Source: Ignavibacteriota bacterium (GTDB taxonomy: Bacteria; Bacteroidota; Ignavibacteria; Palsa-1295). Taken from it: a stretch of DNA of 64,000 nt. Shown piece by piece: positions 49,943 to 58,898 of this stretch (its first letter is position 1; every line of letters begins with the position of its first letter). The translations under genes and the position numbers were made by a program. The stretch covers positions 1,504,001 through 1,568,000 of the forward strand of contig CAWBEI010000002.1 in NCBI GenBank assembly GCA_963787835.1, read 5' to 3'. The notes below the pieces were generated by a model. It was given only the letters and a program-made list of their open reading frames with translations. It had not been told where the DNA came from and did no database searches.

Positions 49943-51769
49943 TTATGCCGCTATCGCCATATCTTCAAAGACTCGTTCATCATAGATGATCTGTTTTGCA
50001 AGCTCCCGCCCGCGTTCGTCGATCTTGTGCAGGGGCATGATCTTCGCGGCATGCACGATAGCCATATCTAATCCTGCTTCTATCGCAAAATGTAGAAAAA
50101 CGGAATTCAGTACATGCCGCGAATGTGGGTTGAGACCGAAAGAAATGTTGGATACCCCTAAAATGGTCCTGCATCTTGGGTGCGCTTGCTTGATCATGCG
50201 AATGGCCTCGATCGTTTCGATGCCAGCCTTGCGGAATTCTTCATCGCCGGAGCCAAGCGTGAATGTGAGTGTGTCGAAGATCAGATCTTCTTCCCTCATG
50301 CCAAATTTATTGACCGAGAGATCAATGATCCGTTTTGCAATTTCAAATTTCTTCTCTCGTGTTTTTGCCATGCCGTCTTCATCAATGGTAAGTGCAATGA
50401 CCGCCGCACCATATTTCTTGCAGAGCGGCAGTACGTGTTTCATCCGCTCCTCGCCATCTTCCAAATTGATGGAGTTGACGATCGCGCGCCCAGCATAATG
50501 CTTCAGTGCCTCTTCGATGACGGGATATTCGGTGGAATCAATGACGAGCGGGACAGTCACGGCGGTGTTCATCCGTGACATTACTTCCCGCATATCGCGC
50601 ACTTCATCGCGTCCAACAAATGCCACGCATACGTCCAGCATGTGGGCGCCTTCCCGGATCTGCTCTTTTGCCATCGAAACGGCGGTGTCCCACTCCTCGG
50701 CGAGCAAAAGATCGCGGAATTTTTTCGAGCCGTTCGTATTGCATCGTTCGCCAACAATGACCGGTGCTGGATCGACGTGCATTGGCACCGATGAATAAAT
50801 GGATGCTGCCGAAGGTGTCCATTCGAATGCGCGCTGTTTCGGCGTAATGCGTTCAGCAAGATTCGCTAATCTGGCAATGTGTTCTTTCGTCGTCCCGCAG
50901 CATCCTCCAATGACAGATACGCCGAGATCACCTACGAAATGGGTCATGTATTGTTCGAGTTCATCCGGCGTAAGATGATAATGTGCCACGCCGCCGATAT
51001 TTTCAGGTAATCCGGCATTTGGCATGACGAATACCGGCAGTGGGGAAGTTTGCGTGAGAAAACGCACATTCTCCTCCATCTCTTTAGGCCCGGTTGCGCA
51101 GTTCATGCCGATGGCGGAAATGATGTCATAAGGTTCGAGCGCAGTCAGCGCAGCGCCGATCTCGGTGCCCATGAGCATCGTTCCCATTGTTTCAATAGTA
51201 ACCGATGTAATAACGGGAATCTGCGTTCGTCTATCGCGGAACAAGTCCTGGGCCGCTGCAAGCGCGGCTTTGATCTGCAGCAGATCCTGGCAGGTCTCGA
51301 TGATGAAAAGATCGGCTCCGCCATCGAGAAGGCCTGCCATTTGTTCGTAAAACGTGTCGCGCATCGCATCGAACCGAATATGTCCGAGCGAGGGAAGTTT
51401 TGTTGTTGGGCCGATAGAGCCGGCTACGAAGCGCGGTTTTGCTTTAGTTGAAAACTCATTTGCCATGCGTCTGGCGATGGCCGCGCCTTCTTTCGAAAGC
51501 TCGTATGCAATGGATTCGAGTCCATATTCTGCAAGCACGATCGAGGACGAACCAAAGGTATCCGTCTCGATAATATCCGCGCCGGCAGAGAGATAATCGC
51601 TGTGAACCCGCTCGACCGCGCTGGGTTTCGAACGGATCAAATATTCATTGCATCCCGCGAGATGTTCTCCACCAAAATCATCCGGTGTGAGATTTTGCGT
51701 TTGCAGATTCGTACCCGTGGCGCCATCGAAAACGAGGACACGGTCATGTGTTAATAGTTTTAGATCCAT
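49943..51769 (-). CDS. metH: Cobalamin-dependent methionine synthase, homocysteine-binding and pterin-binding domains only
   Basis: DGATGT, GMNCATGP, PNAGLP, IGGCCGTT, VGERCNTNGSKKF, VNSINLEDG, GVSNISFG. Ends before the B12-binding domain (no DxHxxG). Confidence 0.93.
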   Translation of the reverse strand: MDLKLLTHDRVLVFDGATGTNLQTQNLTPDDFGGEHLAGCNEYLIRSKPSAVERVHSDYLSAGADIIETDTFGSSSIVLAEYGLESIAYELSKEGAAIARRMANEFSTKAKPRFVAGSIGPTTKLPSLGHIRFDAMRDTFYEQMAGLLDGGADLFIIETCQDLLQIKAALAAAQDLFRDRRTQIPVITSVTIETMGTMLMGTEIGAALTALEPYDIISAIGMNCATGPKEMEENVRFLTQTSPLPVFVMPNAGLPENIGGVAHYHLTPDELEQYMTHFVGDLGVSVIGGCCGTTKEHIARLANLAERITPKQRAFEWTPSAASIYSSVPMHVDPAPVIVGERCNTNGSKKFRDLLLAEEWDTAVSMAKEQIREGAHMLDVCVAFVGRDEVRDMREVMSRMNTAVTVPLVIDSTEYPVIEEALKHYAGRAIVNSINLEDGEERMKHVLPLCKKYGAAVIALTIDEDGMAKTREKKFEIAKRIIDLSVNKFGMREEDLIFDTLTFTLGSGDEEFRKAGIETIEAIRMIKQAHPRCRTILGVSNISFGLNPHSRHVLNSVFLHFAIEAGLDMAIVHAAKIMPLHKIDERGRELAKQIIYDERVFEDMAIAA

Positions 51770-51806
51770 AAAAAAGCACCTCGCCGATTTTATACCGACG
51801 AGGTGC
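51770..51806 (-). terminator. Intrinsic terminator (riboswitch expression platform)
   Basis: Minus strand GCACCTCGTCGG-tataaaa-TCGGCGAGGTGC-TTTTTT directly followed by the metH ATG. Confidence 0.85.
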
Positions 51807-51832
51807 CACTCAAAAACAACTATGAAACAGCA

Positions 51833-51919
51833 CGCTTTAGCTTTTATTTAATGGGCCACCCGTATGATCGCTCATGGACATGTCCCGCGTCGCAGCAAGC
51901 TGTCGGTCAAAGCACGACG
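51833..51919 (-). ncRNA. SAM-II riboswitch (long-loop type)
   Basis: Minus strand CGTCG-TGCTTTGACCG-ACAGC-TTGCTG-CGACG-[~35 nt insert]-TTAAATAAAAGCTAAAG fits the SAM-II consensus (UGAUUU...UUGC...UAAA...GCUAAA); located 5' of metH. Confidence 0.8.
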
Positions 51920-51952
51920 TGGTTTAATAACCAGTTCGCCGTCTCAAAGATT

Positions 51953-52627
51953 TCAGTGATTGGGTGGTAGTTCAGGAGTATGTCCATTTTCGTTTAGGAC
52001 ACCAATGCAAAATCCGAGAAGAATGCCATGATCAAAACCCTCGGCAGAGAGGGTAGCATAGTAGGTGAGCCCAATTCCAAAATTATCTCCCAAAGGCATA
52101 AAAAACTCGGCCTGCAATGGAAGATCCAAATAATTGACTGTGATGTGCGGCGGGTAATTTACCTGGTAGGGATTTTCGAGGTAATGGAATCGGTGCCGTA
52201 ATCCTACGCCAACCGAACCATTCAAGAAGAAGGGCTGATACGAGCCATACCCAACAAGCACATCATATTCATCTAAACTTTCGGAATTATTGCCGCCACC
52301 ATTATAGTCTCTCACGTCAAGATACCGAAAGCGATACAGAATATTATTCTGCTGATACGTAAGATTCAGCAGTGCTGCCCAATCTTCGAATTGGTAGGGG
52401 ATTTCGCTTTCGCTTCCAAAACCTATTGTGAACCATCCAAGGTTAACAATATGCTGCTCATGCGAAAGAGTGTCTTGATGTGTAAGATACGCCTTCCAGG
52501 TGGGGTATCCAGCGTATGGACCGTGAGAAACAGTATCAGCTTTTGTTGAATCTTGCTGCGCAAAAGTGGACCGTGGGGAGATCGCGAACGTGAGCAAAAC
52601 GGCGAATACAACGAATACGAATTTCAT
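51953..52627 (-). CDS. Exported hypothetical protein, probable outer-membrane beta-barrel
   Basis: Signal peptide MKFVFVVFAVLL...TFA-Q; aromatic/Gly-rich alternating strands. Confidence 0.6.
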   Translation of the reverse strand: MKFVFVVFAVLLTFAISPRSTFAQQDSTKADTVSHGPYAGYPTWKAYLTHQDTLSHEQHIVNLGWFTIGFGSESEIPYQFEDWAALLNLTYQQNNILYRFRYLDVRDYNGGGNNSESLDEYDVLVGYGSYQPFFLNGSVGVGLRHRFHYLENPYQVNYPPHITVNYLDLPLQAEFFMPLGDNFGIGLTYYATLSAEGFDHGILLGFCIGVLNENGHTPELPPNH

Positions 52628-52680
52628 CACTTCACTATAATCGGATGGAGTGAGAAACATTCCCCCTGTGTTGGGGCATC

Positions 52681-53169
52681 ATGGAAATACCTCAATATGG
52701 AGCTATTTATGAGTCACCACTTGGATCGCTTCGAATTTTTGCGGGTGAACAAGGGATTTCGCACATTCAATTTTCCGGTCAGAAAGAACTGCCAGCCACA
52801 GTAGTATCGAACGCAATCGTCGAACAGTGTGTCGTCGAGCTTCACGAATACTTTGAAGGTAAACGTACCCAATTTAATGTGACTCTTACACCGGTTGGAA
52901 CGCCATTCGAGGAAAAAGTGTGGGAGACACTGATACAAGTCCCGTATGGAGAAACCTGTTCCTATCTCGAAATTGCAAACCGTATGAATAACCCCAAAGC
53001 AATTCGTGCTATTGGCCGAGCGAACGGCGCGAACCCGATCGCGATCGTAATTCCCTGCCATCGTGTGGTAGGCGCAGATGGTTCGCTTGTTGGCTATTCG
53101 GGCGAGCTTTGGCGTAAGCGCTGGCTGCTCGACCATGAAGCCAGAGTTACAGGAAGTATTTTATTATGA
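52681..53169 (+). CDS. ogt: Methylated-DNA--protein-cysteine methyltransferase
   Basis: GTPFEEKVW, VPYGETCSY, RAIGRANGANPI, IPCHRV active site. Confidence 0.96.
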   Translation: MEIPQYGAIYESPLGSLRIFAGEQGISHIQFSGQKELPATVVSNAIVEQCVVELHEYFEGKRTQFNVTLTPVGTPFEEKVWETLIQVPYGETCSYLEIANRMNNPKAIRAIGRANGANPIAIVIPCHRVVGADGSLVGYSGELWRKRWLLDHEARVTGSILL

Positions 53170-54857
53170 TGAATACTTCCAAAGCTGTACCAATGCCTCG
53201 TTTGTCACGAAACGTTTTCTTGTTACTGATAATCATTGTTACTGCCGCGTTGTGGTTCGGCGTTGCGGGAATCCGGTTGAATTCTGATGATTATCAGTAT
53301 CTCGCATCACTTGCGCCGATTCAGCATGTCGGAGATGTGCTCCGCCCCTTTGTATCGCCTGATGCGAACCCAAGTTTTTTTCGTCCCGTCGCAAATGTGA
53401 CGATGGTGCTTGACTTATTATTGTTCGGATGGAACGGCGCAGGATTTCATCTGACAAATCTATTCTTTCATTTTGTTGCCACGCTGCTGGTTTTCTATTT
53501 TGTTCGTGATGTGTTCAATCTGACAGAGAAAGAATCCCTGTGGGCTGCTCTCATTTTTGGCGTCATCGCATCGCACGAATATAATCTTGTGGTCGATACG
53601 GCGCGTGCGGATATGTTGGCAGCGATTTTTGTGATGCTTACGTTCCTGCTGCAAAAGCGTGGCTATCACATTTCGGCCCTCATCTCGTTCGTATTGGCAC
53701 TGCTTTCGAAGGAGATCGCCATCATGATTCTCCCATTGCTGCCGATGCTATGTTGGGAGAAGGACGATTCTAAAGGCTCAAATTTGAAACGTTCGCTCCT
53801 GCTCGTCTCGCCCTATCTTGTTATTTCGATCGGGTACTATTTTTATCATGCGCATTTTACACAGTCAATTTTTCAAAGTCAGCCATTGTCATCCGAAGGC
53901 GCTCATTCTTTTTTTGCATTTCTTCGGAATGCAGCGTACTCCACAGGTTATTTTATTCTTCCGCTGGATCTGGGCTCAGCCACGATCGTTCTTGGCCGAT
54001 ATCAAGCATTCGCATTTTCACTTGGGGTGCTGCTCCTGATCTTGCTTATGTGGGCTGTTTTTCGAAAGCACCATGACTTGGGTTCCCTTTTGCTTCCATG
54101 TGCTTTTACATGTTTTACGGGCATCGTGCTTTGCCTTACCTTCGAACGCTGGCGTCTCTATCTTCCTTCAGTGAGCCTCGTGGCAATCATCGTTCTCGTG
54201 TTCAGCCGTTTTACCACTCGAACGGTTCGTGTGTTGCTGTTAGTGATAATGATCCCCCTTGGAGCGTTTCATGTGTATCGCGCTCTTGCGGCGGAGTCCG
54301 AATGGCGCGCAAGCACAGAGCTTCGAGATAAACTGAAGGATAACCTATCGAATATTCTTGCTTACATTCCTGAGCGGCCACTCACCATTGGCATGCTTGC
54401 TGTGCCGGCAAAATTGGGAAGTGCATCCGTCATGCAGCTTGGCCAGGGAGCACTGGTCACACGTGCAGAGGCCGACCGCATCAGCCAACTTAATCGAGAA
54501 ACCGCTTCCATCGCTGGCGCGAATGTAAATTCCTGGACCGCTGTCGAAATTTATGCGCTCGATCGTTCGGAAGGTTTTCGTGGGCTTGAACACACGCGCT
54601 TGGCAAAGGATCGATTTCTCATAACGGTACCACACGTGAGTTCGATCATTCTTTACCCGGCGAGTAGTTCACGCAATGGAAATGATCGCAGGGGCCAAAG
54701 TCTTGAGGTTGGGGATTCTGTAGTCACTCCAGAATTTGTTGACATCGTGCGAGCGGTTGCGAATGGGAACGCAAAATCCATTGAAGTCCGTGTGATTGAT
54801 ACTACTGCAGCGCTCTTTTTCTTCGACAGTTCTCTCGAGTTCCACCGTATTCGCTGA
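53166..54857 (+). CDS. Multi-pass membrane protein, GT-C glycosyltransferase-like
   Basis: SDDY, FFRPV, FHLTNLFFH, RADML, LALLSKE, RLYLP motifs. Confidence 0.7.
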   Translation: MMNTSKAVPMPRLSRNVFLLLIIIVTAALWFGVAGIRLNSDDYQYLASLAPIQHVGDVLRPFVSPDANPSFFRPVANVTMVLDLLLFGWNGAGFHLTNLFFHFVATLLVFYFVRDVFNLTEKESLWAALIFGVIASHEYNLVVDTARADMLAAIFVMLTFLLQKRGYHISALISFVLALLSKEIAIMILPLLPMLCWEKDDSKGSNLKRSLLLVSPYLVISIGYYFYHAHFTQSIFQSQPLSSEGAHSFFAFLRNAAYSTGYFILPLDLGSATIVLGRYQAFAFSLGVLLLILLMWAVFRKHHDLGSLLLPCAFTCFTGIVLCLTFERWRLYLPSVSLVAIIVLVFSRFTTRTVRVLLLVIMIPLGAFHVYRALAAESEWRASTELRDKLKDNLSNILAYIPERPLTIGMLAVPAKLGSASVMQLGQGALVTRAEADRISQLNRETASIAGANVNSWTAVEIYALDRSEGFRGLEHTRLAKDRFLITVPHVSSIILYPASSSRNGNDRRGQSLEVGDSVVTPEFVDIVRAVANGNAKSIEVRVIDTTAALFFFDSSLEFHRIR

Positions 54858-54860
54858 TTC

Positions 54861-56465
54861 TCATTTTCGTGAAGTAGAGTCCGATCGTGATCGAAAGATC
54901 TGATAGCCGCCAAACGTGGTGTCATAGCAATAAGAGGAACGAAGTAAGCTATCGAAGCAGGGTAAGAAGCGCAGACAGCTTTCATAAGGATCGTTTAAAT
55001 ACACAAAATGCGTGTTTCGCGCCAGCACAATAAACCGGGGCTGCACAAGGCGAAGAGAATCCACATATTCCTTTTGCCACTTTTTTTGGTAGTCTGTGTA
55101 TGCTGGCAGTCCATCCGTGCTGGTGTTAGCTCTGAGTGCGATCGCGTTCAGAACGACATATCGTGTCGTTTGCTCATGACCGCAATGCAGAACCAAGTGT
55201 GGGTCATACGAGCAGACTTCGATCCGGCCATCCTTGTTTTCGGACCGTTGTAAATATCGGCACGAAGCTCGTTCTGCTGCGCCACCCCAATAAGGGTTCG
55301 GGAATTGCCAATCATAGGTATAGTTCCACGCGTCTTGTCCTTCTACCAATGCCAGCACAAACGCAATAGGAGATCGAGGATAATAGGTCACGAACGTACA
55401 ACCAACGAAAGAGACCAGAAACACTACGCGGCTCCGCCAGGCCGACTTAGCTCGTGCTGCCAGGAACTCGATCCCGATCGCGGGATAGGGAATTACGAAC
55501 AGAAAAAAGGGGGCGAAGTGATACGAAAAATATTTTCGCATCATAAGTGCGATCCCTAAACTTGATATCAGGATGCACCCAAAGAGCATCAATTCCCAGA
55601 ACGTTGGCATTCGACTAACCGATGCAGAGCCTTTCCTTGCCAGGAGCACGAATCCATAGATCGCGAAGGGCAAAATCAGTGCTCTTCGCCCAAGCTCTTC
55701 CAACAGGGCTATGAAACCGTTCGTGATGGGTGCATAGAGATCGAGATTCCATCGGATCGACTGAAGATAGAATTCCTCGATACCTCGTGGGAATCCTGAG
55801 ATCCAAAGAATGAACAAACCTAACGGTAGAAGGCCTGCACCTAAAAATTCCATCGCTCGCGGGATGGAATGCCAGGTAAAACTTCCCTCATTAGTGATGA
55901 GCAAGCTTATCGCCAGGATCGCCAGATAAACTATCGCAGTGGGCCTCATCATGAGATGCATACCAGCAACAAGTCCGGATGACAGAATCCACATGTGGGG
56001 CGAGAAATGTGACTCTCTTGCTCGGATCAGAAGATAGACGCTGAGAACGATGAGCATGGCTCCATAGACATCTCTTTCCGATAGCAAAAGGCTTCCCGCG
56101 CTGACATAATATCCACAATAGAGTAATGCAGCAAGTGCTGCAGTTCGAGGGCGCAACCAGCGCAGCCAGAAGCGGTACAGAAAGCCGGTAAAAAGTATTT
56201 GAACTGCACAGTCAAATAGTCGCAGTCCAAGGTCCGAGGTTCCAAACACAACCATCGAAAACCAGTGTATGTAGATGATCCCAGGGAAATCATGGATCCA
56301 GATTCCGATATACGGGATGCGCCCACTTTGATAGACTTGCAATGCCATGTTCTGCATGAGTGCATTATCATATCCTAAGGGTTTAACAATGGTCAGAACC
56401 AGCATTAAGGTGCTTAGAGTAAGCACCAGTAAGAGCGGTCGATCTCGGTAAATTGGTATTTTCAC
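54861..56465 (-). CDS. Glycosyltransferase family 39/ArnT-like membrane protein
   Basis: TM1-GYD, GRIPY..W.HDFPG, many TM helices, YFSYHF. Confidence 0.7.
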   Translation of the reverse strand: MKIPIYRDRPLLLVLTLSTLMLVLTIVKPLGYDNALMQNMALQVYQSGRIPYIGIWIHDFPGIIYIHWFSMVVFGTSDLGLRLFDCAVQILFTGFLYRFWLRWLRPRTAALAALLYCGYYVSAGSLLLSERDVYGAMLIVLSVYLLIRARESHFSPHMWILSSGLVAGMHLMMRPTAIVYLAILAISLLITNEGSFTWHSIPRAMEFLGAGLLPLGLFILWISGFPRGIEEFYLQSIRWNLDLYAPITNGFIALLEELGRRALILPFAIYGFVLLARKGSASVSRMPTFWELMLFGCILISSLGIALMMRKYFSYHFAPFFLFVIPYPAIGIEFLAARAKSAWRSRVVFLVSFVGCTFVTYYPRSPIAFVLALVEGQDAWNYTYDWQFPNPYWGGAAERASCRYLQRSENKDGRIEVCSYDPHLVLHCGHEQTTRYVVLNAIALRANTSTDGLPAYTDYQKKWQKEYVDSLRLVQPRFIVLARNTHFVYLNDPYESCLRFLPCFDSLLRSSYCYDTTFGGYQIFRSRSDSTSRK

Positions 56466-56502
56466 ATGTAAAGAAACGATTGATTGTTATGTTCTGTGCA
56501 GC

Positions 56503-57333
56503 ATGTTCCAATTACAAGCCCAAAAGTCGTTAGGCCAGCATTTCCTTGTTGATCCGAAGTATCATCAGCGGATCGTCGAAGCGGTCGCACCTGTGCATGG
56601 TGATGTTGTGATCGAGATCGGCCCTGGTACCGGACTTCTGACCCGCCACTTGCTTGCCAGCCCTCTGGAAAAGCTGATCGCCTATGAACTGGATGCTCGT
56701 GCCATTCCGGAACTGCGGGAGATGTTCTTCGCTGAGGGTGATCGCTTCGAGGTAATCGAACAAGATTTTTTGGAAGTCGATCTGAGTGTATTGGCTCAGA
56801 AATACGCTCGAAAAAATCGCGTAGTAGGGAACATTCCATACTACATTACTTCGCCGATCCTTTTCAAGCTCATAGATGAGCGGGAAGCCGTGAACGATGC
56901 CGTGTTGCTTGTTCAAAAGGAGGTGGCAGACCGCTTGGTCGCTTCCCCCAGAACGAAAGCGTATGGTATTCCAAACGTCCTTGCAAACTTCTTCGGAGAG
57001 GTGAAACACCTTTTTCGTGTTCCAGCGGGAGCGTTTCGGCCTGTGCCTAAGGTCGATTCCGCAGTGGTCAGGATTGATTTTTCTCGCGATCATTTCACTC
57101 GAATTGGAACATCCAGACCTCCGGACTTCGACGATCTTGCGTTCCGAAAACTGGTTCGAGCCCTTTTTGCCATGAGAAGAAAGACGGTGCGAAATAATCT
57201 GAAAGCATTCGTTTCTTCGGAAGTAATGGAGCGATTGGAAACCAGTCCCGAAGCTCGTTTTCTCACTGCCCGAGCAGAAGAGTTTACCATTCCAGATTTT
57301 CTCGAGCTTTTTGCCGCGATCTCGGTAAACTGA
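56503..57333 (+). CDS. rsmA: 16S rRNA dimethyladenosine transferase (KsgA)
   Basis: KSLGQHFL, EIGPGTG, ELD, VVGNIPYYITSPI, QKEVADR, FRPVPKVDS, RRKTVRNNL, RAEE. Confidence 0.98.
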   Translation: MFQLQAQKSLGQHFLVDPKYHQRIVEAVAPVHGDVVIEIGPGTGLLTRHLLASPLEKLIAYELDARAIPELREMFFAEGDRFEVIEQDFLEVDLSVLAQKYARKNRVVGNIPYYITSPILFKLIDEREAVNDAVLLVQKEVADRLVASPRTKAYGIPNVLANFFGEVKHLFRVPAGAFRPVPKVDSAVVRIDFSRDHFTRIGTSRPPDFDDLAFRKLVRALFAMRRKTVRNNLKAFVSSEVMERLETSPEARFLTARAEEFTIPDFLELFAAISVN

Positions 57334-57408
57334 AAGCAATGACTTTCTTTTCATAATTTCCTTTTCTATAAGGAGCCGTCTGTTCCCTTCTGCTGTTAGG
57401 TGACCGTC

Positions 57409-58489
57409 ATGGAATCGGAAGCCTTTACCCAAGCTGATCCTCGCGTTGGTGTTACTCGAAGGATGGCGCTTACCTCGCGCATCATTGGCGAGTTTGCGCC
57501 GCATGAGGTGCTTCTGATCTTTTTTGCTGCGTTGTTCAGCTTGATTGCCGTCGTGGCGCATGAGCGTGTTACGGAATGGCCCCAGGTGCTTGTGAACATG
57601 CTTATTGCAGTTGCGATCATTGTTACCATGAGCTTTTGGTCTGTCAGAGCAGGTACGATCGGTGTTGTAGGGCGTTGGCCTCGCCGGCTACGTTTATATT
57701 ATCTGTTTCCGGTCATTCCCATTTATTTCATGACTGCGGGGCTCATTTCACATCCGTTGCATCTGATGGATTTCGATTCCATGCTCATCGCTGCGGATCG
57801 CACCATCTTTGGCGTGAACCCCACCGTATGGCTATATGAGCATTTCCCTTCGTGGCCCTGGCTCACTGAATACCTCATGCTCTGCTACTCCGCATTCTAC
57901 TTTTTGCCACTCGGGCTGGCCATCGAGCTCTATAAACGTGCCAGAAAAAAAAGACGAGTTCGGCCATACAAACCCGTTCTTGTTCGGCGGCGCTCGAAGT
58001 GGGGATCAGCCCGAACCCGTGGAGCAGGTCGTCTTTATTATTGCGTATGGGTTTCTTCTCTCGTATCTGGGGTACATTTGTATTCCTGCGATCGGCCCGC
58101 GTTTTACGTTGCATAACTTTCTAAACCTCTCGAACGAGTTACCCGGTCTTTTTCTGACAGAGCCGCTCAGAACGCTCCTCGACCGTGGCGAAAATATTTT
58201 GCCCGGAATGTCCATGGCGACTATTCTTGCCCGTGTCACCCGCGATGCCTTCCCAAGTGGGCATACCGATGTTACCGTGCTCACGATCCTGCTTGCATTC
58301 CAATTCCGATCGCGGTTGCGATGGCCGATCACCGTTATTGGCCTATGCCTTATTTTCTCGACCGTGTATCTGCGGTATCACTATGTGGTCGATATTCTCG
58401 GCGGCCTCATCATGGCTGTGATCACACTCTACTCCTGGCAGTGGGTGCGAGAGCGCATGATAGAGATACGAGCGCGGTTCGTTCAGTGA
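57409..58489 (+). CDS. PAP2-superfamily (IPC-synthase/Aur1-like) membrane protein, frameshifted at an A8 run
   Basis: N-half in ORF 57400-58116 (D..L...D...FG..P, LTEY...Y); C-half in ORF 57836-58489 (PAIGPR, DAFPSGH, STVYLRYHYVVD). A7 instead of A8 at 57945-57952 fuses them. Confidence 0.85.
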
Positions 58490-58498
58490 GTGTCACCG

Positions 58499-58713
58499 AG
58501 AAATAGGTGCCATTTCTTTTTCTTGTGAGTTCCCGATGCTCCTTCGTTTCCGAGCTGTTTTCGCCATTCGTTCTGGAAGAACAGCAAAATCCCTTTTCTC
58601 AAAGGACTCGTTCATAACGAAAGCGATACCCGACATCAATTTTCATTGAACATCTGCACCCCGATTCATCTTTCATCTCTCATATTTCATCTTTTCCCCG
58701 GATAGGTGCCCAT
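58499..58713 (-). ncRNA. Candidate structured non-coding element, copy 3
   Basis: Same ordered conserved blocks as copy 2, on the minus strand; GNRA-capped hairpin with compensatory changes. Confidence 0.65.
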
Positions 58714-58725
58714 AGTCTCACTCTC

Positions 58726-58754
58726 AATATACGGACTTCATTCGACAATGTCAA
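58726..58754 (-). promoter_or_regulatory. Sigma70-type promoter of element copy 3
   Basis: Minus strand TTGACA (58754-58749), 17 nt spacer, TATATT (58731-58726); no sizeable ORF downstream. Confidence 0.75.
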
Positions 58755-58898
58755 GGAATTCCAAAAGATTTTAGAATTTTTTCGTACACCCCGAAACTTT
58801 CCACCCCGCTTCCGGCAAGTTATACTTGTCGGGCGATCCGGAAGCCATACGGCATTGGAAACAGAGTATCATTGTTCACTTTTTACTTAAATTCGGCT

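Noticed and set aside
57667-57691. GTAG-GGCG...CGCC-GG-CTAC hairpin inside the PAP2 gene as another in-frame REP
   Set aside because: Short, imperfect stem and no second copy in the window; unsupported without a genome-wide count.
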